A stretch of DNA of 63,814 bases, the filler included, from Octopus bimaculoides (lineage: Eukaryota), in assembly GCF_001194135.2 (NCBI RefSeq). It is 4 parts of 4 records of this genome, joined end to end, with 100 filler letters (N's around TTAATTAATTAA, not from the genome) between each part and the next. Parts side by side here need not be neighbours in the genome. Positions count along the whole stretch, not along the records: positions 50,140 to 63,814 come from NC_068995.1; 3 more parts are not named here. One strand, given 5' to 3'. Below the pieces are notes generated by a model. It was not told where the DNA came from. It was given only the letters and a program-made list of their open reading frames with translations, and did no database searches. A program made the position numbers and the translations under genes. Positions 53,300-63,814 of this stretch are shown here, piece by piece; position 1 is the first letter of the stretch; the number at the start of each line of letters is the position of its first letter.

Positions 53300-53347
53300 G
53301 TCTCTAATGAAGGGATATCCTTAATATCCCAGAATCAGCTGTAAGAC
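53300..53347 (+). ncRNA. Degenerate PLE-type minimal hammerhead ribozyme motif
   Basis: GTCT CTAATGA A GGGATAT cctta ATATCCC A GAA TCAGCTGT A AGAC. Stem I (GTCT/AGAC) and a 7-bp stem II are perfect, and stem III is one change from the palindrome ACAGCTGT. Two core positions deviate. Confidence 0.72.
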
Positions 53348-53411
53348 TTTCTCTTTATAAATGTCCTGAAAATTCCACACACCCTTAGCTTTGCTGTCTC
53401 ATTTTATTTAC

Positions 53412-53488
<77 letters not shown>

Positions 53489-53814
53489 GTGTTTCATGGG
53501 GTGTTTTGTGCTTATACATTCATTCAGATGTACGTGCATGCGCGCACACACGCACACAGATATGTGTATGTGTATGTGTGTGTGTTTGTGTGTACATGCA
53601 CGTACATTCGAATGCATGCATGAGCCCCAAAGACAACATGCTATACATACACGCACACACACACATATATAATGCATGAATATACACATAAACTTATAAA
53701 ATATACGTGAACTCATAATATATGCAATCACAATAACACTAGACGTTTAACGCCAAAAACGTGTGATAAGCATTTGACAGCCAAATGCACATATATGTAA
53801 GTATTAACTATCAA

Positions 53815-54283
53815 GTGCATCGTTAACCAGCTACAGGAGATGTCTTCTTGGGGTTAAAAAATCGCAATAAATCCGTTCGAATGGAATAGCCATGTTGAAG
53901 TGGCTACGAACATTACTTGCTATTACAACTACTATGATAATCTCTTAGAGAGATTTTAGAACTAGCTTCTCTCCTTGTTGCAAAATGAGCGACTGTGTGT
54001 CGCTTGAATTTATACATATTGCGAGCAGAGGTGAGCTAGTGCCATCTCTAGAAGACGAGGTGACCAGTGCTGGAGAGAGGCAGAAATAGCCCGAAACTAA
54101 ACTTGTATGCTGGTCCCGTCGCTAGAACGTGGGAGGGGTTTGCTCCTCTACTCGCAATAAATCGGATGCAGCTGTGCTTCGTTAACCAGCGAGAGGAGAT
54201 GTCGTCTTGGGGTTAAAAATTCGCAGTAGAGTCCGCTTGAACGGAACAGCCATGTTGAAGTAGCTACGAACATTACTTGCTAT
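53815..54283 (+). repeat. ~105-bp direct repeats (53815-53923 and 54174-54283) flanking ~250 bp
   Basis: Shared cgttaaccagc, ggagatgtc.tcttggggttaaaaa and agccatgttgaagt.gctacgaacattacttgctat. Confidence 0.88.
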
Positions 54284-54332
54284 ATATAAATAAACATACA
54301 TACATACATACATACATACATACATACATACA

Positions 54333-54364
<32 letters not shown>

Positions 54365-55665
54365 AAATGCACCTGCGTACACAAACCTGTGTATACATTT
54401 GAGACGAGTGTGAAGTTTCACATATCTTACATATATTTTTACACATATTTCAACGACGAATTTGTAAAATTTTGGAGTTATTGAATGATAAGTTTATTCA
54501 TATCATGTAATGTCCTGGATATTTGTAATGCTCGTATGTTTATGTGTTGAGGGCATGTCTTTTATGCTTAAAGTTGCATATAGTTAATGTTCATGTTCAG
54601 AGAAGAAACTCTGTCTAATTTGGAGTGACGATGTAGGTAGGGGGTCTTCTTTGAAATATTGGAACGTAAAATATTGCTTACGTACACAAGGAGAGAGGGT
54701 TTCATCCCTAATATTTAGAATATTAGCTTTTGATTTGATGATGTTTATACACTCGCACACATACCTACAAGCACAAGCATACACACATGCCGACATTTCT
54801 AATGTATGAATCTCTGGAAATTTCTTTACTGAAGGGGTGAAATTGCATACACAGGTAGAAAGAAGTAGAAAGAGAGATAGGAGCAATAATGAGATCACGA
54901 TAGAATACAGACAGTGAATGTGAGAAATAAGTACACGAATCGACGAAGGGGTAAGTCCCATGTATTTCTAGTAAGTCGCTTTGACTCGATAGAAATAGCA
55001 GTCATTTCTAAAATCTACAAGAACTTGCCGTTATAAAAATTCAATTCTGGCGTTCAGGGTTTGATCAATTATCAAATCATTCTCAAAATTCTTTACGACT
55101 TAAAAGAATTTGCTGGTAATACGCTTTTTCAAGAGTTTTATTTGAAGATAGTGCTATGAAAGTTTCGAAACGTCAGACTAATGAATAGAGGAAGATTTTA
55201 CATGTATGTATATATATATATATATATNNNNNNNNNNNNNNNNNNNNNNNNNNNNNNNNNNNNNNNNNNNNNNNNNNNNNNNNNNNNNNNNNNNNNNNNN
55301 NNNNNNNNNNNNNNNNNNNNNNNNNNNNATATATATACATATATATATATATACATACATGTACATACACATACACACATATACACATACACACACACAC
55401 ACAAACATAATCGCACGTACATATATTCATATATGTATAAAGAACGAAAACAAGCAAAACAAGACAATTTCACAATGAAAATTATTAGGTTGACGCTTGG
55501 AGAAATGGGATGAGTTAATTATGACGTTCCGGATATTGTCCTTCTTCAGATCATAGATGTTAAGTGGGGTGAGATAAGAAAGGATGATTAGAAATATAGT
55601 AACGTGGATTAAAGAGAAGTGTTGAGAAAGAGAAGTCAAGCTGAAATCTCTCTCACACACACACA

Positions 55666-55705
<40 letters not shown>

Positions 55706-56701
55706 AATTAGATATTCTTATTGAAATGCCTGTAATTACGCTATCGAGGGTTATTCTAGGATGATTTGAAAGAACGTTAGTATACTGTTTCAAATACAGA
55801 TCCCTAATATATCTGGTGGACTCTCAGAGACGATGCACTCCTTACAACTAGAGGATTATCTCGATCAGCTGTTGAACAAACAAAGAAATCTTTAAAAACA
55901 TTTTTTGATTATTACAACCTTGGTATCGTATTTGAAACAAATACCAAGGTGGTAAATTTTTGGGATCTTGCACTCAATTTAAATACAAATTTATTCTACC
56001 CATTTCACAAGCCTAACCAAACCTTGAAGTATACAAACGTCCTTTCAAATCATCCTAGAATAACCCTCAATGGCGTAATTACAGGCATTTCAATAAGAAT
56101 CTCTAATTTTCAGCTAATGAGGATATATTTAATATCCACGCTCCTTATCTCAACAATTAAGCGGATTCCGAGAAAAATATTCTATATCTGTGATACTAAA
56201 CTGAAAACCAAAATAGCAAATCTCTTTCCCGAAACCATTCCTAGTCTTATAAGCACGGCCTCTATTTCAAATCAACCAAACAGACCCATAAAATCACATT
56301 ATAAGCCAACCAGTATTTATCGTAATTATAAATTTCCCTTTTGTGTCCAATCCAATGTAACAGCATATTCTCAGACTACAAAACGAGAAATCCTATGGTA
56401 TGCATCGCTTTTTTCTCTTCGGGTTAAATCTTTACCTAAAATATTTTGTTTTAATTCTGAAATCAACTTTCCGCAGCATCATAGATACCACTCTATTTTT
56501 AACAAATCATCAAATTGTTTTACTCTACTACATCAAACTTTGGATCTATAATAGCCTCTATTAATAGATGTAAAATCCAACTTCAGACTAATACACACCC
56601 AGACCCTTGTATAGCACCCCATATTAGTGTAAAAAATAGCAACAACACAACCAATATAAATAGTAGAACAAAAAGAAAAACCTGTAATTGTCGTTTACCT
56701 A

Positions 56702-57115
56702 ATGCATGCCCGCTTGGGGGTCTTTTGTCTGCGTAAAAATGTGGTTTATAAATGTCGTGTAGAAATACCAGGTAAACACCAAGCAAATACCTATATAGGC
56801 AGTCCCACAGATTTTAAGCGTCGATATCGCGCTCACTTAAATTCTTTCACTAAGACAAAATCCAAATTCTTGACATCATTAGCTACACACATACATAATC
56901 TTAAATCACTAAATATACAATATACACTGGCTTGGTCCATAATAAAAGAAGCTTTCCCTTACAATACAAAGATAGGCAAATGCAATCTATGCTTAGAAGA
57001 GTCATTAATTATTCTCCGTCTACACAACTCCTCAATATTAAATAAATTTTCCGACGCCATCTACTATTATAAACATAGGTTTTACTCAACATTTATGCAT
57101 TATGATTCTAGATAG
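56702..57115 (+). pseudogene. GIY-YIG endonuclease domain of the PLE (frameshifted from the upstream RT)
   Basis: VVY...YIG, R..H..SF and C..C motifs in the ORF-track translation. Confidence 0.82.
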
Positions 57116-57360
57116 AGTTGAGAACTAGCTTCCATGCCCATTGAAACTTTTTCTGAAAAATAAAACAATATTCCCTTCCTCTTACCCTTCACGTATAGAG
57201 CCATCAGTAGCCTTATCATATCATGCATTGTATCTCCTCCTCCAACCACTCAAAAACACTTCCACTCATTGTTCTTTTGCATATAGCTCTATAAAAATAC
57301 TCAGTAGGTAATTCCCTTTATGAAAACACAGTAAATATGAACCATTTTAGAAATTTATTT

Positions 57361-57440
57361 TTCCTTGATGAAGGAGGTGGATCCAATAATGGATGTAAAA
57401 ATCGTTTATATGACTGGACCCCAGGAAACGGCCGTAGGAT
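57361..57440 (+). ncRNA. Type I hammerhead motif in the PLE 3' UTR
   Basis: TTCC TTGATGA A GG...CC A GGAA ACGGCCGT A GGAT. Stem III is a perfect 8-nt palindrome, stem I is TCC/GGA, stem II is extended with an internal ATCCA/TGGAT hairpin, and C3 is T. It lies ~250 bp after the GIY-YIG stop. Confidence 0.72.
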
Positions 57441-57824
57441 TATTAACTGGATTATTAACACAAACTTTTTATCTTCTAGACTCTAAACTCTTTTTATGAT
57501 TTCGTTTTATAATCTGTAAGCCAATCTATATATGTATTTATTTTCTCAATATATTTTTAATGTATATATATCTATATATTTATATATTTTTATTCTTATT
57601 TTTTTAATGTATTGATTACTCTATATATTTTTATATATCTATATATTTTTGATATGTTTGATGTATTAAATATACTTTTAGAGAAATTCATGCATGGGTC
57701 TAGGGCTGAATGTATGCTTATGTGAAATTGATTTGCCTAACTTTGATTTTTATCTATATATTGATTCTTATATATGTGTATGTGTGTGTATGTATGTATG
57801 TATGTATTATGTATGTATGTATGT

Positions 57825-57906
57825 AGAAGAAGAAGAAGAAGAAGAAGAAGAAGAAGAAGAAGAAGAAGAAGAAGAAGAAGAAGAAGAAGAAGAAGAAGAA
57901 GAAGAA
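57825..57906 (+). repeat. (GAA)n array, probably the tail of the adjacent minus-strand SINE
   Basis: Direct reading. Confidence 0.95.
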
Positions 57907-58232
57907 AGGACCTCCTTCGGTCATGAATGACCATAGCATTGCACCTAGACTAGAAAGTTACCCTCCGAGGCACAAGTCTAGGCAAGCATATTAATGGCAA
58001 ACCAGCAGTGGCCCTTGCATGCCACTTTCCCCTCTCCACACCACCGATGTTATGCAAGAGAAAGGCAAAGACCGATACAGCTTGGTACCAGTGACGTCGC
58101 AACTCGATTCCGCAACTGAATGAACTGGAGTAACAGAAAATAAAGTGCCTTACTCAAGAACACAACACAGCCCGATCTGGGAATCGAACTCACTACTTAA
58201 TGATTGTGAGCCTGACGCTCTAACCACTGAGC
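57907..58232 (-). mobile_element. tRNA-derived SINE (third family)
   Basis: Minus-strand head ggctcagtggttagagcgtc...gagttcgattccc contains A and B boxes, followed by gttgtgttcttgagtaaggcacttt and a (CTT)n tail. Confidence 0.82.
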
Positions 58233-58367
58233 CATGCGTCTTGTATGTATGCATGTATGTATGTATGTATGTATGTATTTATGTATGTATGTATGTATGT
58301 GTGTGTATGTGTGTAAGTGTGTATGTATGTATGTATGTATGTATGTATGTATGTATGTATGTATGTA

Positions 58368-59042
58368 TAGAGAGTACGGTGAATAAATTGTCGTCTAAAT
58401 TACGCAAAAATGAAAATAACACTGACATTTCATTTTAACAGATATATTTACCAAAATTACATAAAAATATCTCAAAACACTAAAGAGTAAATTTGTTCAA
58501 TAAAATCGCTATTGGCTTCAATCACGGCCTCCAGATGACTTCAAAATTTCCTGCAACTCTTCTGGACGGTCACCTTGTTTAAGGTGGTGAATGCTGCCAT
58601 AATCCTTGCCTTCAATTTATCTTTGGTTTTACAATGAGTTTTGTTGGTCTCTCGCTCAGCTGCGATCCACACATGATAATCAAGGGGATTGCAATCTGGG
58701 GAGTTAGGTGGCCAGATATTAGGGGTGATGTGACCGCAGAAATTGTCTAACAGCTATGACTGGGTTCTCCTGTTTGTGTGGCTTGATGCAGAGTTCTGTT
58801 GCCAGACACAGGGTCTTCCAGCAGTTACCCTCTTGACCCAGAACATCATTACCTCGTCCAGGCATTTGATGTAGGCTTCCGTGTTGAGTCTGAGGCTGTG
58901 TGGGAAGATGAACAGAGACATAACGTCGCTATTACTAGTGATCACTCTAAACACCATGATTTTGAGTGGATGCTTGATTTTTATCACTTTCGGTACATGT
59001 TTCGGGGACACGGCAAGCCAACGGGTGTTCTGTGTTTTCACC

Positions 59043-59045
<3 letters not shown>
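58368..59045 (-). mobile_element. maT-like (DD37D) Tc1/mariner transposon, 3' half, defective
   Basis: WQQ(N)SASSH...*...IWPPNSPDCNPLDY has 37 residues between the second catalytic position (AAC, probably from GAC) and the third Asp; there is an in-frame stop. Confidence 0.85.
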
Positions 59046-59095
<50 letters not shown>

Positions 59096-59429
59096 CATAT
59101 ATATATATATATTAGCTATTCCCATTTTAAGAACTCCCGGCTTACCAGCAAGCAGAATTTCGAATCGACTTCCGCAAAGCCTATTATATTATTAACAATA
59201 ATATATATATAAAAAATTGAAGTTACATTTAAAATTGGAAGCAGTGAGCGAGCGAACTGCTTTGTGACGCACATCAAAACATTGAGCGTTTTCAGCAATT
59301 TGCTGACTCGAAGAAGAAAAATGCTGTCATTTTAAATCAAATCACGTAAACACTATATTGTACATGTTACACATATTATTTGGTTTCATTTTTTTTTTCT
59401 TGTATTTACCCTCGTGACCATACCTGTAA

Positions 59430-60060
59430 AGCATAAATCCGATGCGAGTGATAGTGGTGCATCAAAGAAAAGTAAAAGTCACGAGTAAATTTAAAGTGGA
59501 AATAACAGAGCGATCGAGGAGAGGCTAAACGTTAACGAATAATTGGAAAACGACAGGTTACACTCAATTAACGATCGGGACACTTTTGAAAGATAAATGA
59601 GAATAATGGAGCATGTAAATGGATCTGTCAGATTGAAAACTACAATTATCACTAAACTCAACGGTTTAATTATTTTAACATGGAAAGGCTATTGGTAATT
59701 TGGTTAGAAGATCACAAACAGCCTAAAATACGCCTGATAGCCTAGACTTAGTTCATGGAAAGGTTCATAACCTTTTCAGTGATTTAAAAGCTACAGAAGC
59801 AGTATGTGAAGGTGATTGTGAGAGAGAATTTGTTGGGAGTAGAGGTTGATTCAATCGTTTTAAATAGCCGATGAAGGTATACAATACTACAGAGTAGAGC
59901 AAAACAACGAGTACCGATGCAAGTACAGTAAATGAACTCCTGAAAATGTTGAAAACAAATTCATTCATATACAGGGTTTCTTAACCAGAGCAAGAATTCA
60001 TTGTAAAGAAAACTGGCTTCGTTTGAAGAAATCTCATTACCGAGGAAAAAGTCCGTTAGA
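59430..60060 (+). mobile_element. Tigger/pogo-family transposase remnant (CENP-B-type HTH region to first catalytic motif)
   Basis: Translation across frameshifts gives KVEITERSRRG*T...TIGTLLK, MERLLVIWLEDHKQ, LFSDLKA, FVGSRG*FNRFK and PEQEFIVKKTGF, matching the MEKLL..W.ED, F.AS.GWF.RFK and PEQIFN.DETGL motifs. Confidence 0.78.
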
Positions 60061-61164
60061 TGGAAATCTCAGAATCAAGAAGTTTTTTTTTTTTTTCGAA
60101 GAAATTAACTGATGTCCTTCGTCTTTCTCAAGCAATGAATTTTCACTGAAGAAATTGCAAAATTTTCTTATAAGATATTCTGTTTTTCCACGTATTTTCA
60201 CGTACTCTTTGTCTAGGCACCTTTAGAAACAGTTCTGTGTCTTTCGTGGTGTCATTAGCACTTGCAAGTTCATTTTTACACGCTTTGATTACATATTACT
60301 TTTCCTTAACTCTGCAATCACAACCCTCCCGCACCAAGACGCACGAGTCATGGATCGACATTGTGTCTGATTATTCTTATTGTGACGTATGTTTTTTTTT
60401 TAACCCATCTACTTAGACACAAATATATATAATCAGCGGTATGTGAGACAATTTCAGCCAGTGTTTCGCCTAAGTCTTCAGTTACGGTAAATAGTGCCAA
60501 TGGCTTTTGCCTTTTTCGTTTGAGATTTTTCCTAATATGTCTTGAAAAGACAGGTGAACTACTTAAAATAAGAGAAAATTTAATCCGTTTCCATCTTTTG
60601 TAAGCACAGATGTATTAACTTTCTCTACGCTCTTTCCAGGATTAGCTTCCTCTTTCATCTTCATATTTTCTTATAACTGTAATAAATCTAAGCCTTCTCT
60701 TTGTTCAGTTTAAATTAAAAGAAGGTTTACCTTATAAACGGAAGTAGTATTAGGAAACATGTAAAAGTTACTTCTGCTATTGTTGTTGTTACTAGTATCA
60801 CTGTCTTCAAGATAACTTATTTGAGTTCTCAGGACATTTTCTTCTATTAATTGTTCGTTGTAGTCTTTATATTCTGCTTCCTTTCGTACATTTAGTAGTG
60901 TGTTTGGGGTTTTTTTGTTCAGGGACAATTTAATGTTCTTCCCGTAGCATAATTATGTCTGGTAGCCAATTTTGACGTGAATAAAATTTTAGAAGTTCGT
61001 GAAACAAACCTTTTTTTTTACCCCCGGTTTCCGAGAGCAGACTCCGTGGGCAATTACAATTTTCTTTTACAAATACTCTAAAGAACACTTCAGTTGCAAA
61101 TGTCTGAATAAAGCGTATTTTGAAGGGAGGGGCAAAAACAACGTCTTCACATTGCGAAAGCTGA

Positions 61165-61224
<60 letters not shown>

Positions 61225-61902
61225 GGGTGATAGCTTATCTCCGTTGCTTTTTGTTCTTTGCATGGTACCCTGACCTTGGTACTTAGGAATATGAACCTAT
61301 GATACCAACTAAAGGGAAAATCCTAATCAGTCAACCATCTCCTCTTCATGGATGATTGAAACTGTATGGCAAGGATGAGACACGGTCCACTGTTTTAGTA
61401 CTGATATTAGAATGGAATTTGGACACAAGAAGTGTAGAATAATCTACCTAAAAAGAAGCAAGGTACAGTCCCTAGCAGGGATAGAATTACCGAATAGAGA
61501 ATTCATTAAACAAATTGAAATGGAAGGCTACAAATACCTTGGTGTACTAGAGTTCAACGAGATAATTCAGACGGAAATGAAAGAGCAACTGAGGATGGAA
61601 TATTTCCGAAGACTAAGGTTGGTGTTGCGCTCAAAATTGACCGGGTGGAATAAAATCCAAGCAGTTAATACGTGGGCGATAACATCACTTCGGCATGGAG
61701 CAAAAGAGAGAAGCGATGAAAATGGATACGAAGACAAGAAAAATGTTGACAGTACACGGAGCCGTCTACCCTAAGAGTGACACCGATAGGCCGTACTTGT
61801 CCAGAAGAAAGGGTGAGAGAGGTTTGATCAGTTGCCAGGACTGCATCGAAGCAGAGGAAAGCAGCTTAGGGTGGTATAGAAAAAATGCTGTGAAGCCATT
61901 GT

Positions 61903-61907
<5 letters not shown>
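61225..61907 (+). mobile_element. 5'-truncated R4/Dong-clade fragment (copy C, divergent subfamily)
   Basis: Begins right after (TAA)n with GDSLSPLLFVLCM, then YKYLGVLE, LRSKLTGWNKIQAVNTWA and VHGAVYPKSDTDRPYLSRRKGERGL; followed by (TAA)n. Confidence 0.88.
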
Positions 61908-61934
<27 letters not shown>

Positions 61935-62171
61935 NNNNNNNNNNNNNNNNNNNNNNNNNNNNNNNNNNNNNNNNNNNNNNNNNNNNNNNNNNNNNNNNNN
62001 NNNNNNNNNNNNNNNNNNNNNNNNNNNNNNNNNNNNNNNNNNNNNNNNNNNNNNNNNNNNNNNNNNNNNNNNNNNNNNNNNNNNNNNNNNNNNNNNNNNN
62101 NNNNNNNNNNNNNNNNNNNNNNNNNNNNNNNNNNNNNNNNNNNNNNNNNNNNNNNNNNNNNNNNNNNNNNN

Positions 62172-62710
62172 GAGCGATCTGGAAAATCTGCCACGATTAT
62201 AACCCCCGGAAAAGTAGAGAAAATTCATCAGCTTTTTGCGTGAGGATCGTCGTCGAACAATCAACAACGTTTTGAAGTGTTTGAGGGAGGACATTCAGCG
62301 AAAGCGACCGGATCTGCGGAGCGCGAAGGATTCGATTCTCCACGACGACGGCAATGCACCCTGTCACAAATCTCTCCTCACTCGTGAGTCTCTCGCCAAA
62401 AAAGAACTTGGTACCCGCCCTATTCGCCAGATTTAGCACCTGCGGACTTCCATTACTTCCCCAAGAGGAAAATTCAGATCAAAGGTTGCCATTTTAACAC
62501 CGTTGTCGAGATCAAGATCACATCGCAAAAGATCCTCGACCCGCTTACAGAAAACGATTTCCAAGACGGATTCCAAAAGTGGCAGGAAAGCTGGGACCGG
62601 TATATTGCTATGCAAGGTGACTATTTCGAAGGGGATTATGTTAAAATGTAGGTAAATAAGTTATTTTTTATTAAACACAACTAGTCTGGGAACTTTTTGA
62701 TACCACCTCG
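62172..62710 (+). mobile_element. Internally deleted mariner-like transposon (3' part with terminal sequence)
   Basis: LKCLREDIQRKRPDL...ILHDDGNAPCH, SPDLAPADFH and FQKWQESWDRYIAMQGDYFEG; ends at gataccacctcg followed by TA. The HTH segment joins directly to the catalytic segment. Confidence 0.85.
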
Positions 62711-62714
62711 TATA

Positions 62715-63620
62715 TGCAACGATTGAGAAAGATATTGGGTTCAAAACTAAATGCCGAAAACATAATTTCGGCAATAAACTCATGCGCAGTTTCAGTGATT
62801 CGGTATAGAGCTAGAATTCTGAAGTATCAGACAATGAGCTAAAAGAATCAGAAAGGAAAACAAAAATGCTTCTAATCATACATGGAGCCCATTACCCACG
62901 TGCAGACATTGATCGTATATACATGACGAGAGCGAATGGATGCAGGGGACTAAGTGTAGAAGACTGCGAGCATATTGAACGCGAGAACTTGGTGAGGTAT
63001 CTAACCCAAGGGAAAAGAAGAAAACAATACAAGGTCATGAAGAAGCACTACTTAACAAGGAGTTACAACAAACAATTTCACATCGCCAAAACCGAAGTTG
63101 CTGGCGAACATAGGTGGGAATTGTTAAAGAAATGAGCTCTTAAATGAAGATTGAGAGTACTATATTTGCAGTGCAAGACCAAGCTCTGGACAAATTGGAG
63201 GGTCAGTTTTAGAAATGAGCAGGTGTCTCCGTTGTGCCGAATATATAATGAATTTGATGAAACTATTTCCCATATCGTAAGTGAATGTTCTAGACTTGCC
63301 TGAAACCAGAATAAGTTGCGGCGACGTGATGAGATAGCAAAAGTTCTGCAATGGAAACTGAACGAAAAGTGGAGGTTAGAGGGAAGTAAGACATGGTGCG
63401 ACCACGAACCATAGAGAGTGACTGAGTCGGAGACTTGCAAAATCTTGTGGGATTTCTCAATTCAAATGGACCAGTTCTTGCTTGAGAACAACAAATCAGA
63501 TCTAGTGGTGGTGAACAAAGTAAACCATGTACTTTGTTATTGATGCCGCTGGCCCATTTGACACACGGAATTTTAAGGGAAGTGCTAGATAATTGAAGAG
63601 AACAAATAGCAAAGCACCGT
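62715..63620 (+). mobile_element. Degenerate R4/Dong-clade fragment (copy D: post-RT region, zinc knuckle, RLE start)
   Basis: RLRKILGSKLN, HGAHYPRADIDRIY...RGL, PLCRIYNEFDETISHIVSECSRLA and KILWDFSIQMD...SDLVVV. Confidence 0.85.
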
Positions 63621-63690
63621 AGGCTACAGGTAGCAAACCCGCTGCACGTGCAAGATTACTTGAATTCCAATAAAACCTGACTTAGCTGAA

Positions 63691-63691
<1 letters not shown>

Positions 63692-63756
<65 letters not shown>
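63692..63756 (+). repeat. (TAA)n microsatellite
   Basis: Direct reading. Confidence 0.98.
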
Positions 63757-63758
<2 letters not shown>

Positions 63759-63814
63759 GTATCTCAACAGGCATGATAGAGCTGCACAATATATTCACTG
63801 GGTAATATGCAAAA
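63757..63814 (+). mobile_element. Start of another 5'-truncated R4/Dong copy (copy E), running off the window
   Basis: KYLNRHDRAAQYIHWVICK is the RHD/RHN motif region that follows the CCHC knuckle; it begins directly after (TAA)n. Confidence 0.78.

Larger units (their letters stand above)
55760..57480 (+). mobile_element. 5'-truncated Penelope-like element (RT 3' part, GIY-YIG endonuclease, 3' UTR with hammerhead motif)
   Basis: RDDALL, VNFWDLALNL...YPFHKPNQTLKY...SNHP, CNCRLPNACPL, VVYKCRV...NTYIGS...FKRRYRAHLNSF and WSIIKEAFPYNTKIGKCNLCLEESLIIL, with several frameshifts. Confidence 0.9.

Noticed and set aside
58170-58232. tRNA-like sequence on the minus strand
   Set aside because: The anticodon and acceptor stems do not pair; it is the head of a SINE.
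60710-60928. Minus-strand 72-aa hydrophilic ORF with a donor-like GTAAAC
   Set aside because: No recognisable homology and a weak acceptor; compatible with chance.
61225-63620. One R4 element split by the mariner insertion
   Set aside because: The two parts overlap in protein coordinates (both include the R.LR..L.SKL region) with different sequences, so they are separate copies.

Overview
AT-rich, microsatellite-dense eukaryotic DNA with many N gaps. The SINE families and repeat content point to a coleoid cephalopod, probably Octopus (inference). I can support only one host coding exon: a 258-bp, phase 1-1 minus-strand exon at 21086-21343 encoding part of the amino-terminal domain of a kainate-type ionotropic glutamate receptor. 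Most of the window is therefore probably long intronic sequence. The rest is transposon-derived: several Penelope-like elements (PLEs, RT plus GIY-YIG), R4/Dong-type non-LTR retrotransposons next to (TAA)n tracts, tRNA-derived SINEs, CR1/L2-, RTE- and I/Jockey-like LINE fragments, and maT (DD37D), Tigger and mariner remnants. The most notable structures are four degenerate minimal hammerhead-ribozyme motifs (two in the arms of a ~630-bp fold-back element), a PLE with an inverted copy of its own 3' end, and a 7-fold reiterated 26-bp unit at the 5' junction of a near full-length R4/Dong element. Three 100-bp N44-TTAATTAATTAA-N44 spacers are assembly linkers, so adjacency across them is unproven. 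All alignments and identities were judged by eye, and repeat boundaries are approximate.
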